A stretch of DNA of 64,000 nucleotides, from contig OZ024742.1 of NCBI GenBank assembly GCA_964016885.1, positions 32,922,001 to 32,986,000 on the forward strand. Reading direction: 5' to 3'. Below, piece by piece: positions 1-13,063 of this stretch (position 1 is its first letter; every line of letters starts with the position of its first letter). This DNA is from Eledone cirrhosa (Eukaryota). The notes below the pieces were generated by a model, which worked only from the letters and a program-made list of their open reading frames with translations, made no database searches and was not told the DNA's origin. A program made the translations under genes and the position numbers.

Positions 1-175
1 TTTGGAATTTCTTCTTTAGTTCAACCATTGATTCAGCTATGAGCGTTAGATCATCTGCGTATAGAAGTTCCCATGGGCAGCCGGTCTTGAACTCATGTTA
101 TAGCCTGAAGGGCAATAATAAATAGGAGGGGGCTAAGGACAGAGTCCTGATGAACATCAACTTTTATGCTAAACT
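1..175 (-). mobile_element. RTE-clade LINE reverse-transcriptase fragment (degraded)
   Basis: Minus strand reads VHQDSVLSP and GCPWELLYADDL, the same motifs as the RTE at 59283-61987. Confidence 0.8.
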
Positions 176-562
176 CTATTAAAGTAGAAGTTGAGTGCCT
201 TAAGTACTCTAGGGTATGGCATATATTGATAATACTGGAACACACACTAATAAGGAAAGAAGACATTAGACGAGGATGTTAGCTGATAACTCTAACTACC
301 ACTAAGTCATCATGGCTCCCTCATGTAGCCACACTGATAAACTCAAGCCAATGTAGGAGCCTCTATATGGTCGTTTGACTTGCTAGAAATATGAACCAAA
401 TTCCCTCAAATCCCATCACACCATATTACAAACATGAAAGGATAACTTGTTAAACAACACTGACAAACAAATAAATAAAATAAATAAAATTATATTATAA
501 TAACAACCAACAATAACAAAAACAACAGAAATAAAATAACAAGCATGAAAAGTAGATCAAAC

Positions 563-615
<53 letters not shown>

Positions 616-752
616 CCATCAGTGCAGAAATAAGAGAAGGGAGAAGATTGAATGCTAAACATAAGGTGAACACAAGGTTATTTGTATGTTTATTATCACT
701 GAACATAACAATTTAGCTAAGATGTGCAGGCTTTATATCAAAGTAATGCAAT

Positions 753-782
753 TCACAGATCATTCTGGTGCAGTGAGTTAGA
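753..782 (-). CDS. ANAPC15: Candidate ANAPC15 terminal coding exon (SNSLHQNDL*)
   Basis: Long pyrimidine tract with cttag acceptor, TGA stop, and a minus-strand AATAAA at 689-694. Gives a 120-aa protein, close to the human length. Confidence 0.4.
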   Translation of the reverse strand, partial: SNSLHQNDL

Positions 783-971
783 CTAAGCAGAGAAGAAAAA
801 ATAAAGAGTAGGGAGGAAAAGTGAGAAACTAAGCATTATATGTGTGTACATGTGTGAGTGTATATATATATGTGTGTGTATATACATATATATATACAGA
901 GAGAGAAAGAGAGAGACCAATGAGCTATGACAAGAGCAAATGAGAGAAAAAATATCGAGAGATGAACCTAC

Positions 972-1007
972 CAGGTTGAGACTGTTTCGGCGGCCTCTAA
1001 AGTCAAA
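972..1007 (-). CDS. ANAPC15: Candidate ANAPC15 exon 4 (FDFRGRRNSLNL)
   Basis: 36 bp, phase 0-0, ctcccttttacag acceptor and gtaggt donor, in frame with exon 3. No recognisable homology. Confidence 0.5.
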
Positions 1008-1039
1008 CTGTAAAAGGGAGATATAACAACAGGTGAGTT

Positions 1040-2130
1040 GTGCAATATGGTGATGAGGTGAGCAGGTCAGTGACACATGTGGAGCAATTAGATCGACTCT
1101 GTGACACATATGGTGCAATGTGATCAGAAATAGCCAGAGGTAAATATTTTGTCATTACAGTTAACATCTGTGATGCTTTAGCTGGCCTCCTACAAGGTTG
1201 CATCTCATCGGATGTTTCTAAGGTGTTTTAATAATAAAAGCCCCAATCCTATATATAGGTTTAGTTAGACTCATACATGGATTACAAGGTTTCTCAAGTG
1301 TTTTAATGATAGGGCCTCAGTTCTATCATGTTGCAGTTCACACCTGTGTAGGTTTAGCTGGCTCCCTAAGAGGTTGCATCTCATAGGAAATTCCTCATGT
1401 GTTTTAGTAATTGAATCCTCAGTCCTATTATATTGTTGTTGTTACAGTTCACAGTTATGCAGGTTTAGCTGGCCTCATATAAGGTTGCATCTCATTGGAG
1501 GTTTCTCAGGTGTTTTAATGATATGAGAGATAAATATGGTGCATATTTATCAAGGATCTGTTAGAAGTGGCACAGAGAGTGCAGCAAGGTTAGGACTAGC
1601 TAGTGGTAAATATGGTATAAATTAATCAGTACTTGCCTTTGGTAAATATGGTGCAATGTGGTATGTACGGTCTAGACTAGCTAGTGGGTGGTAGGTATGA
1701 TGCAATGTGGTGTTAGGGACCATTTAGAGACAGCAAATGTGGTATGGTAAGGTCAAGACTATCCAGTGGCAGGAATAGTGCAATGTGGTGTTAGGGATCA
1801 TTTGGTGGCAGCATATATGTTTCAGAATAGTGAGTAGTAGCTAGTGATAGATATGGTGCAATAAGGTCAGAACCAGCCTGGGGTATACATGGTGTAACCA
1901 AGTTAAGAGGGTAAGTTCATAAAACACATTGCATGAAATTATCAGTACAGTTAGAGAATATAAATACAATTACAAGGATACATTGTCAACAGTTGACACA
2001 GTATTAACATGTCATAGTGACATACTGTCAAAAATTGATAAGAGTTAATTGGTCAAAGAGACATATAGTGAACAGTTGACAATGTTAATATGTCAGAAAC
2101 ATATTGTTGACATAGTATTAACAAACCAAA
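1040..2130. repeat. Cluster of degenerate minisatellites: about 115-bp unit (tttagctggc...ggttgcatctcat...gtgttttaat) at 1150-1523, an aatatggtgcaatgtggt unit on both sides, and a gttgaca...tattaaca unit at 1980-2125
   Basis: Motifs recur at about 1176, 1352 and 1463, and repeatedly through 1530-1900. Confidence 0.65.
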
Positions 2131-2154
2131 CAGACACATTTTTTACTGTTGAGT

Positions 2155-2818
2155 CATCATCATCATCATCATCATCATCAGGTTTAGCGTCCGTGTTCCA
2201 CGCTTGCATGGGTTTGGACGGGGGTTTTCCCACTTGAGGCAAGAGTGGTTGTCTTGCTCGCATAGGACTGTCTGGCGGGTTTTCTACAGTTGGATGCCCT
2301 TCCTAACACCAACCACATTTACAGTGTGGGGCTGGGAGGTTTTTACCGTGTTGCCTACACGGCCACATTACAGCGTGGACTGTCTGGCGAGTTTTCTACA
2401 GCTGGATGCCCTTCCTAACACCAACCACATTTACAGTGTGGGGCTGGGAGGTTTTTACCGTGTTGCCTACACGGCCACATTTACAGCGTGGACTGTGTGT
2501 TTTTTGTCGTGACACCTACACGATCTCATTTGTTTCGGCCTGGATGTTGTGGGACCAACATAACTTTACGTTGAAAGGGGCGGTGTGGGTGGGGTGGAGG
2601 TGGTGGGACGGGGGTGTGTTTTGATAGAGGTGCCTACTGACTGTAGTAGGTTTTTACTTTGTATTTAGGTAAGGCGGGTCTTCTCTATTACTGAATACCG
2701 CCAAAGGTCTCGGTCCAGTGACATTGTCTTGGAGAGGTGTAAGCGTGTGAGGTCGGAATTTATCAGCTCGTCCCATGTTTTTCTGGGTCTGCCTACTCCG
2801 TGGCTACCGTCTATCTTC
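2155..2818 (-). mobile_element. RTE LINE 3' end (ORF C-terminus, 3'UTR with internal duplication, (GAT)n tail)
   Basis: Near reverse complement of 32960-33500. (CAT)n at 2155-2180; internal tandem duplication of about 115 bp at 2266-2495. Confidence 0.9.
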
Positions 2819-3462
2819 TAAATTGAATCAATGTACTACTGTGTATTACTGGTACATATATTTGCTGGAGTGATGAAAGGCAAAGTGATCTACAGAGGAA
2901 TTGAAACTCAGAACAAAGAAGGATGAGATGAAATAATGTATGTCCAGTGCTGTACCATGTCAGGCAACAACTCATGTTTGTTTATATAAGGTCATATATT
3001 ATATCACAAGTAAATCATAAGAGCAAGTGATGAGATGAAATCAGTAGAAACAAGTAATAAAGACATAATATTGATATAGGCAGAAGGTTATAACATTTTT
3101 GGAGGAGGTTGTTGTTGATTATATCAACTCTGTATTTGACTGGTACTTATTTTATTGACCCCTAGAAGGATGAGAAAGTAGATTGACTTTGGGGAGATTT
3201 GCACTCAGAATGGAAAGAGATAAAACTAAATTATGGCAAGACATCTTGCCTGGCGTCTTACCAATTGTCACCAAAGTAAAGAGGCTTGTGATAGTATGTC
3301 TACTAAATACAATGTGGTGTGGAATAGAATAAAAGAACAGATGGTCCTGTTTTAATATTAAGAAGTAATAATAACTAAGTAGGCAATCAAAATCACAGAA
3401 TAGAAGAAAGATTTTAGATGTGATTCCATCAGTGCTTTGTTGCTCACATGTAATTTCATTTA

Positions 3463-3652
3463 GGGCGGTGGATTGGCAGTATCGGTAGAGGGTCGGACGC
3501 CATGCTTTCCAGCATAGTTACGTCCCTTTACGATCTGAGTTCAAATCCCACCGAGGTTGACTTTGCCTTTCATCCTTACGGGGTCGATAAAATAAAGTAC
3601 CAGTAATGCACTGGGTAATTGCTGGCCTTGTGCCTAAAGTAGAAACAATTAT
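3463..3652 (+). mobile_element. tRNA-derived SINE, family A (core ...ctttgcctttcatccttacggggtcgataaaataaagtaccagt...)
   Basis: A-box/B-box-like head (tggcagtatcggt; gagttcaaatccc). Near-identical copies at 6300-6490(-), 10795-10915(+), 16500-16710(-), 19850-20030(+), 30790-30975(+). Diverged relatives at about 3070-3270, 16300-16480, 23140-23240 and 29290-29740. From recall, the core resembles the Meta/Sauria-type SINE domain. Confidence 0.85.
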
Positions 3653-5521
3653 GTAATTTCATTTAATTATATCAATAATAATCTTAGAAATTACATAAAC
3701 ATATCCCATGTCCTGCCATCTCTTGTGTAAAACTCCTTAATTCACTTTTAACTATGAAAAGAAAACAGGTCGTTTCACAAGAAACCAGTAAAGAGAATGA
3801 GTCCAAGCACATGTAGTGCTGATGATATTTTCAGTTCCAAACAATCACCTTAAAAGCTACTTTTTTACATTATTTAAACAATAAAATAAAACCATTCTAT
3901 AAACAATACAGGTAAAACACAAGCAAGAAATATATAAACTGGGTAGAACCATCAAGTGCTATAGAAGGAACTAAATTGTATTCTGAAGGCTAAAGAGAAT
4001 TTTCCAATATCTATTAAAGAAAATTATTTGAGATGAAATAAGAATCCTAACTGAAAGAAAATTAGGAATTTTTATATGATACAAAGATTACAATTGTAAT
4101 GATTTGTTACACACATATATGGATGTATGGGGGCGGGATAACTATTTTAAGGGTCTTGTTAAGTTTTATGAGACCAAGAATGTATGACTGGAAAGTTCCT
4201 CTACAAAAGCACAGTCCTGGACAAGGTTTCTTTTTAATGGCAGACCAACATTTGTCCATACATGAAAATCATCCTTCTCTATTTCACTGATGTTATTCAA
4301 GGCCAAAGGCAAAGACCAACATAGCTTGAGACCAGTAATATCACAGGTGAAATCAGAATGCAAAGAGCCAAAAGTGATACCACAAAGCATTATGTCCAAT
4401 GCTCTATTTCTGACCAACATTTTATACTAGCATGAGCAAGGTTGTTTTCCTGGTTTTTATAATTGTACATTCATTATTGGAGCATGTAATCTTATAGTCA
4501 TATAAAGGCTCTTCTTATTGCCGTCTTTTTCTTTGAGACAAAGTGGAATTAAGTACTATACTTAAACAAATAAAGTATGCGTTGGCATCATGAAGGGCAG
4601 AAAAACTGCCTCAAAATTCTTACCAGTATGAAAAGGTGGATGTGAAAATGATGACAATGATAATGGTTCCACGGTATAGTAATATCAATAGTTAGTCTTT
4701 ACTACTGTTGCTTCCTCTCACTGGAACGTGTGTGTGCATGTGGGTACAGATAAACAAAACCTTCATCTACATTGAAAATATATATATTAATGAGTGAGTC
4801 TCTACAGTCACTCAAACTACTAGAAATAGCAACCAAATCTCCCTCAAACCATAACCTACTGTCCTAGAAGGAGGAGACATTCAGTAATGTGGTTCTAGAT
4901 GCATGTCATCATCATCATCATCATTTTATATTTGTTTTCAATGCTAGCACAGTCTGAGACTAGACAGGTTTAAGAACTCATGCATTCCATACTTTGACAT
5001 GGTTTCTACAGATGAATGTCCTTCCAAATGCCAACCACTTTACAGAGTGAACCAGGTGTATTTCCAACATTAGCACTAGAGGTGCTATTATATCCTCAGC
5101 AAGACTAAAAGGCTCCTCTCAACCCTGCAAAAAGACAATATAGTTTACTCAGGGCTGATCCATGCCTAAACAACAACAATCTATCTATTTGGGCAATAAG
5201 GCAGCAGAAGTAAAACTAAAAAAAGATAATTCACAGTGAGCAGTGAAGTAGGAATAGTGCATTTGTTTTCAGCAGAGCACACACGAACACACAAGTCAGT
5301 ACCAAAGTTTGAACACAGGATTATATGGGAGCAGTATTTAAAACTTATTAACCTCACACTTAGGTTGAAAACTCATCAAACAAAAAAAAGATGACAAAAA
5401 AACAACAAAAATATCCAAAGAAAAAAAAAATAAAGCTATACTATAAAAAAAATGTATAACAAACAACAAAGCTACAAAATATGTCAAATGTGCTAGAATA
5501 AAGAATGAAAGGTTTACTCAC

Positions 5522-5635
5522 ATCGTCAGCAGAATCTCTGTCATCAACCATATCTGTATCAAGTTCATCATCATTAGTGTCACTCTCATCATCTACCTCT
5601 TCCTCCTCCTCTTCTTCCTCTTCTTCATCGTAATG
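5522..5635 (-). CDS. ANAPC15: ANAPC15 coding exon 3, acidic tract (HYDEEEEEEEEEEVDDESDTNDDELDTDMVDDRDSADD)
   Basis: 114 bp, phase 0-0, pyrimidine tract with cttag acceptor and GTGAGT donor. Matches human HYDDEEEEDDEDD... Confidence 0.92.
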
Positions 5636-6198
5636 CTAAGTAAAGTTAAGTAGAAATAGAGTAAGAAAACCCTTGCAGTAGCATTAAATTATGAGAGATA
5701 ATGTGGTAGCAGTGAAAGAAATGTTGATAAATGCTGGACATCTTAATTAATAACATTTAGAAAAAGAATGACTGCATCACATTAAAAATTAAAGTTTTCA
5801 CTTTAATACGGCAAACTTTCACAACAATTTGTCCAATAAACATTTGAATTAACAAACCCATCATCAAATATTTTCTGCTAAATCATGACAGGATGTTAAG
5901 AGTTAAGTAAACAGGCCATTACTTGAAGCCTCTATGAAATCACAATCTTGCTTCCTTATTCTACATATACGAAAGGAAGAGCCCACTTTCCAGAAGGACC
6001 AAGGAAACTATCATTTCATTGATCTTTCCATTACTGATACTATCAGTCCTTGCTTTTCTGGTAAAAAGCATTCCGTCTTTACCAATTTTACCAATCTACT
6101 GCCCCTAGACTAGTACTTTATTTATCGATCCTGAAAGGATTAAAAGCAAATCTCAGTGAGATTTGAACTTAACTGTCATTGCTGTCTAGCTTTAAATT

Positions 6199-6247
<49 letters not shown>

Positions 6248-6299
6248 ATGTCTTATGAAATCTAGAACAAAATTTAAAACAAGAAATAATACAAGTAAT

Positions 6300-6490
6300 A
6301 ATTGTTTCTACGTTTGGCGCAAGGCCAGCAATTACCAAGTGCATTACTGGTAATTTATTTTATCGACCCCGTAAGGATGAAAGGCAAAGTTAACCTCGGC
6401 GGGATTTGAACTCAGAATGGCAAGGGCCGTAACTCTATGCGTCAAAGCATGGCGTCCGACCCTCTACCGATACTGCCAATCCACTGCCCT
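6300..6490 (-). mobile_element. SINE family A copy
   Basis: Reverse complement of 3463-3652. Confidence 0.85.
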
Positions 6491-7530
6491 ACCAATTTTA
6501 CAATAATACAACTAATAATGCTACAACAAGTTTGTTATTGTTTTGTCTAATATAAAATCTAAAACTCTAAATAATAGTACAAGGTACACATAGGTAGACT
6601 CAGAACATGCCAGATAGATCATGTGGTTAGAATGTCCCAGGAAAGAATTGTTGGACAGATTTTACAGACAAAACCAACAGGCAGGAGACTCCTGCTGGAA
6701 GGAGTGTTAGAGGACTCTGCCCCCATGACCCTCTCGTGATGATGACGATGTATAACATTGTCAGAAACAACAACTGGATGAAATACTAGAATTCAAATAT
6801 GAACTCATTTGCTTAATGGCACAAGGTTGAGTTCAAATTCTACTGAGGACAACTTTGGAGGTTGATAAATAAAGTAGCAGTCCAGGGTAGTGGATCAGCA
6901 GAATTGTTGGATTGCATGACGAGATGCCTTACAGTATTTGTTCTGAATTTTTGCATCTTGAGTTCAAATTTTCCCCTTTACTGGAGTTCCATCAATTTGA
7001 TGGTTAATGTAAAAATTGTTTATGAAACTCCACTGGACTCATAAAACTAATGTGGAAGTAAGTTCATAAGAGCTCTTTGTATCCCAGAGCTATTTTCACA
7101 AGGTTGATGGCTTGGCATTAATAACTAGAGTACAAACATAGTATAGGTTATGAATAAATATGTATAAGAAGTCACATCCATATGTTTAATAGACATACAA
7201 TTAGATGAAATTAGGCCCTCTGGTTAAACCTCAGAGTATTCGGCAGTTTTATTCAAATGAGAATCCAATTTATTATTTTGTCTTTCTTAAAACAACCAAA
7301 AGAAAGTAATGTTGTTGAGCTACTTATTAAGTATTAACAGTGGTACCCTGTTGGCTGAGTGCCGAGCATGTAGAAAAAGTTGCCTTTTTTCTTTGTTAAA
7401 TTTAAAATAAAAAGGGATACAATTAGAATTGTGGTTGGAACACCTTAAACTATAGGTCTGCTCAACCAGAATCGAAATGGACTTAGATAATTACAAGAGA
7501 TAATTGACAGAGCATAGAAAAGTGGTTTAC

Positions 7531-7590
7531 CTCTTGGGCAGTTTTTCCTATTGGTACAATGGCATTGTCTTTATCACCAACACTCTGAGC
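7531..7590 (-). CDS. ANAPC15: ANAPC15 coding exon 2 (AQSVGDKDNAIVPIGKTAQE)
   Basis: 60 bp, phase 0-0, ttctag acceptor and gtaaac donor. Matches human [20 protein letters not shown]. Confidence 0.92.
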
Positions 7591-7744
7591 CTAGAATTAA
7601 GAAACTGATAACATTAGACAGATGTCTATAATAATGATTGTACTGAATCTGTTGTCTCTCAGTCAAATGAATGCTAAAAGCTGTCACAAACGTTCTAAAA
7701 TAAGAAGATGAAAATATCTCATCTGATTCACCACATGCTCTACT

Positions 7745-9060
7745 CATCATCACCATTGTTTTAATGCCAATTTTTCCATGCTTGCATGAGTTAGACAAGT
7801 CTTCTCCACTGTCATCTGTTTTGTGAAGTTCAGTTTCTTGAGATCAATTTTCACCACCTCTGTTCATGTCTTACTTGGTCTTCCTCTTCCATAGGCAATT
7901 TTTGCTACTTCTTCACCTAACGATCACCATCTATATGTATTGCATGTCCATACAAGTGCAATATTCTCTTCTGCATGCTACATTTAATTCTGCTTATGCC
8001 CAGTTTCTCTCAGTTCATCTGTGCTTCATCATTCATGCACACTAACAATGCACATCCAAATTTGCATATCGTCTGCATTTACTACCCATGTTTCATATAT
8101 ACATCATCATCATCACTGTTTAACGTCACCAAGACAACCACATTTACAGTGTGGTTAGGGTGCTTTTTATCATGACACCAAAATGACCACTTTACAATGT
8201 GGACTGGACATTGCCTTTGAGAGGTGCAATTGTGTGAGGTCAGCTTTTATCACCTCAACCCAAGCCTTCCTACTCCATAGCTTCCATCAACTTTGAGCAC
8301 CTTGCACCTTTTTATACAGCTGTCATCCTTCATACACATCACATGTCCATACCATTGCAATCGCCTCTCCTGCACACTGCATCTGATCCCTCTTATGCCC
8401 AGTTTCTCTCTCAGTTCATTTACGCTTTGCCTTTCATGCAAGCCTCATTTCTTTCCAATCTTCATGGTCTTCTGCACACAACGCCCAGGTTCCATTACCA
8501 TGCAACATTGCTGTTCATATACACACATCCTACCACCTGCCATTCATTGAGGGAAAAACCTTTTGTAGCAAGCAGTGGTAGTAGCTCCCTGAACTTCTTC
8601 CATCCCTTTCTCACTCTGGCTACTCTACTTTCGGAACACCCATCTCCACTACTAATTTAGTTGGCCAGGTAACAGAAACTGCCAACTGCTTCTACAGAAC
8701 CCTCTAAGAATTTGTTTCCTGTGAGTGTTCGCTGCTTACTGCTCCTGTGCAATGACCACATGTAAAACCTGCGTTCTTAGCTAGCCTATCTGAGATCCCA
8801 CTACATTTTCTGTGTACCCGTAGTTTGAATTTGGGACAAAGGATGGAATTTTTACCCACTAAGTCCGGGGTACTCTGTCAAAAGCTTTCTCCAGGTCAAA
8901 AATGCCAAGTAGAGGAGTTTGCTTTTAACTAGGTACTTTTCCTGCAGTTGCCTCACATGAGTGTATCTGTGGTACTTTTATTTGGTACAAATCCGAACTG
9001 CATCTCATCTAGGTTAATTCGATTCCTATTCAGTTGTACAATGACGTTTTCTGCAACTTT
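7745..9060 (-). mobile_element. Degraded, nested RTE LINE fragments
   Basis: Minus ORF RERQSVNELREKLGIRGIRCSVQERRLQWYGHV, plus remnants of [13 protein letters not shown] and LAFxDLEKAFDRVP. Confidence 0.85.
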
Positions 9061-11452
9061 CACATATATACACAAACATGTGAGCCGACGAGGGCACTCT
9101 AACGTGTATATACATAATGAATACAATGAATCAGGCGAGAGATTTGAGTTTTCCTATTTAGCGATCTACTGTAAAGGGTTAGTTTTCATTTTTTAAACTA
9201 CATATTAGGGAGGTTTCCTATCTTCGTGCACTAATAAAGGGAACGAAACACTTGAGAGCGATAAAAAAAAAACGGAATGTAAACAACGAAATGGACTTAG
9301 TGTCCTCACCCTCGTTTTAAGTCTATTTTCCATTTTTACGAGGCTGGCCAAGTCAGACAACCGCCCCAGGCTCATATGTTTCGTTTTGGCGTTGTATCCT
9401 ATGACTGGATGCCCTTCACAGTGCGTTTTATAGTTACACCGCCACCATCACCTGACAAGTTTCTGTTTATACACTGTATCCGAGAGTTCGTAGACAAATT
9501 ATTGAAAGGTGGTGAATAAAATTGCTAAAAATAAAAACTCTGATGACAATCCTATTCTCTTCATACTTTTACGAATACACGCGAAGAGATAAATTTAGTA
9601 ATCAACAGCTTCTTGCGAATTTAATTTCTTGCATGAACGAATTCGATAAACGTAACAGGAGGGATAGTCATGGTTGGAATGCCTGGCAGTTGTTTCAAAA
9701 TAGCTGCAAAGGACTTATAAGGAAACGTGAGAAAAATTAATTAAAAAAATCGATCATAGTCGAGTGTCTAACAACACATGCATAGAAGAAAATTGGTTTG
9801 TTCAATGAAGGTTGATCTGGGGCTAAACAACAATATTCTAAATGGTAAACTGAGTCTGCAAAATGTTAAACATGGCGACCATTTATTCAACGGAAACATT
9901 CATTCAAAATATATCAGTCAAAATTGAATTCCCTCCATCATAATACATATCTACAGCTGCTTAAATACACACGCATAAATGTTCAGTGAAATTTAGTTGA
10001 CCAAATCATAGTATAAAAATAATTAGTGATATTTTTGTTATATATTTATTTTAATTATCAATATTGTTTATCGGGTAAAATATTTTCGTCGTATAACTGT
10101 GTAAAATCGACAATGTTAACTTTCAAGCTTTTGTTTGTTTTCCTTTTCTCACGGCCTACCTCTGTGTATTTTCATATAAATAAAGGAGCAAGTTATCTCT
10201 AATAATCAATTTACTTCAATTAGTCAATAAAAATATCACAAGCGTCGGAACTACCATGTTCTTTACAAAACATCAACCAAGTAAATGTTGCCTAATAGTC
10301 AATGGTCCCAAAAACATATTAAAAGAGACGCAAAAACTGTTCGTATTATGAAACTCACGGTATATTTTTAATGTTTATCGTCCTACAAGTAACGAAATAA
10401 TACAAACAGCATTCGGACAAAATCCTCAATTCTGCTGGAAAAAAAACCAATATGGTAAAAAATAAAACAGTAAATGATAAAACAAAATCTATTCATAGTT
10501 TTATAATAGCTAACATTATGAAATGTAAATTACTTGATAAAGAATAAACAATTATATATTCAAATACTGTATTGTTTGTTTTTACTGGGACGATCATTTT
10601 CTTTTGCATCACTTTCAATTACATTTTATCATTTATGAAAACATGCAGAGATCCATAAGAAAATAAAAAAAAAAGTCATTGCATCTAAAGAATAATGATT
10701 AACTACTACAATAATTTGCATTGTTATATATATATATATACACGTATGTGTACATGTATGAGTTGTAGTGCAACTGAGCACTGTACACAATCACGATCTA
10801 AGTTCAAATCCCGCCGAGGTTAACTTTGCCTTTCATCCATACGGGGGTCGATAAAATAAAGTACCAGTAATGTACTGAGTATTTGCTGGCCTTGTGCCAA
10901 AAGTAGAAATAATTATTTACTCTTTAAGCCTTATTTATTAATTTACCATACCTTGTCACTTCTTTTAGAATATAAATTATGACATTTATTTGTTACTTAC
11001 TAAATTACTATTTTATTATTTATATTATTACTTTACCAACTGTTTATTTCCTTTTTAGAACTTAAATCGTTGTAGTTATCGATAAAAATACAGTTCAAAT
11101 TGAACAAGTTATTCTCCAAATATGAAACATGCTGGCATACCTGGCAGAATTAGTTAAAATTATTGTGTCTGTTTTGGTGTTGTATATTTATCGGGTACGC
11201 GTTGGTTAAAATAAATTATTTAATAAAAATGTGAGCTTGTAAAAAACCTTGTGACCACTCTACTTACTAAAAGTAGTAGCTAAATTTCTTTTCTTTAGTC
11301 ACATCCTAAAGTATTAAAATAAAAAAGAAATCCAAGACTATATAATGAACGTAGCATAATAGACACGGTGGTTAAAAATAATAATAAAGACTTGGCTGAA
11401 ACAGTAGTGATATATATATATATATATACAAAAACATGTTGGAAATACTCAC

Positions 11453-11575
11453 CCAATTGTTATAATCGGCTTCCAGTGCACTTATTTCAGATTCATCTAG
11501 ACAAGGTTTGTCAACGGGAAACCAAAAAGGATCCACAGCTTTCGGAACAAGAGCTGGAAACAAGGGTCGAGACAT
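11453..11575 (-). CDS. ANAPC15: Anaphase-promoting complex subunit 15, coding exon 1 (MSRPLFPALVPKAVDPFWFPVDKPCLDESEISALEADYNNW)
   Basis: ATG at 11575, 41 codons, then a GTGAGT donor. Matches the recalled human APC15 N-terminus [30 protein letters not shown]...W. Confidence 0.92.
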
Positions 11576-13063
11576 CTTTTCAAACGCTCACACCGGTGAG
11601 TGGAACATTCACTTTGTGATCGGAGTTATTTCCCTTTGAACACATTTTTATTTTAGAAACTATTTTTTTTTAAACTATGGAATAATATTAAGATAAATCA
11701 ACACTATATTTTGATCAATGTAGTCGCTAATGAGAAAATGGGGAAGGGGTAAAGAAGGGTAGATCTGGCTGTAGAGGAAAGGACTATAAAAACCATGGGC
11801 ACAGAAAAAAGGAGGGGAGAGAGTGATGGGCTATGGGCCTAGGCTTCGGTGACTAATTTAGTAGACGAATCATCATCATCATCAATAACAATAACAATGT
11901 CAGTTTTCCTTGTTAGCTACTAACTTCTCAGATAGGCCAGGAACCTGGATCACACTTATATCACATTACATTCCTGCACTCTTCTGAGTGCATTTTAACC
12001 AGCACTAGAGACGTTGTCATGTCTTTGACTCAGCTGAAGAGTCCTTCCACATTAGATGAGGTGGAATGACAGGAAGGATGTGTGGTTTATCCTTTGCCTA
12101 AGTCAAATTAAGCAATTTTAAAAATGTTTTTATTACATCAATTTTACTTTTTTAACATTACTGGGATAAACTTCGGAGCAGTTGTTTTATATTAGGATAA
12201 AAAACGGCTTAACTAATCAAGTTTGAATTATTGACTATATTGTCAGTAGTCCAGCACCTAATTTAAACTTCATTTCACAGTCACATTGCCCTGAAAACTA
12301 AAATGCAGTAAAACTTTTCAGGTCATTTTTTTCCCCGTAAAGTCTTCATGCTCATCATGGGGTCCTTTTTGAAGTAATATTTTATGGTAAAACAACCTCC
12401 CTTTTAGTTGCTTCACCATATACCTGTATGTTGTACGAGGCAACAAAAAAGATTTGTGTAAAACAGTTGTAAAACATTGCTTAAAAGAAGACTTCAAGGT
12501 GAGCATGAAGCCTCTTATCGGGTACAAAAGGCTCATTCTTCATTATAATAGCAAGGGAAACTGGTTTTAAAATGCTTGCTGCTTTTTGGGTGTCTTTGCT
12601 TATAGTTCTATTCAAAGTTGAGTTGGGGTTAAATATAGACGAGGGAGTCTAGCCAAATTGGGAATACTGCAGCTCGCCTGAGGAACGAACTCCATGAGGG
12701 TGAATGCAGGTATCGCTGGCTATTATCCGCGGCAATGCCTTCACCATTTTGTCCGTGGAGTGTTGATGAAACATACCGCTGAGATTGGGATGAAGAGTTT
12801 GTCACTCCCTCTATCTTTCCTTTCTTTCATTTTCTCGTTCTTTTTCGTTTCCTTATTGCCATTTATATTGTATTGTTTCAATAAAATTATTAAAGTTTTT
12901 TATTAATCATTTAAATGCAAAAAAAAAAATCAAAAAAAATCCGCGAATAATGTAGTCATAGGTGCCACAGAAAGATGGGGTAGCCAGAGCTGGAACGCCA
13001 TGTCTGTTGAATCGGAGTTGACCTGGTGCTAAATAACAAATTATATAGACTAGTACATAACCC

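Noticed and set aside
3463-3560. tRNA-like A and B boxes here and in other SINE heads
   Set aside because: No cloverleaf, and each continues into a shared SINE body; not tRNA genes.
4692-4766. Alternative ANAPC15 terminal exon (MKVLFICTHMHTHVPVRGSNSSKD*)
   Set aside because: Weak acceptor, includes simple (CA) repeat sequence and has no homology; not excluded without RNA data.
9305-9335. Apparent minus-strand ATG plus GTGAG donor as a first exon
   Set aside because: The sequence is a decayed RTE 3' terminus (catggaaaatagac.ttaaa), and the real ANAPC15 first coding exon is at 11453-11575.
12030-12080. CUGAAGA followed by a hairpin (possible hammerhead)
   Set aside because: No GAAA after stem II and no stem I or III; lies in RTE 3'UTR-like sequence.
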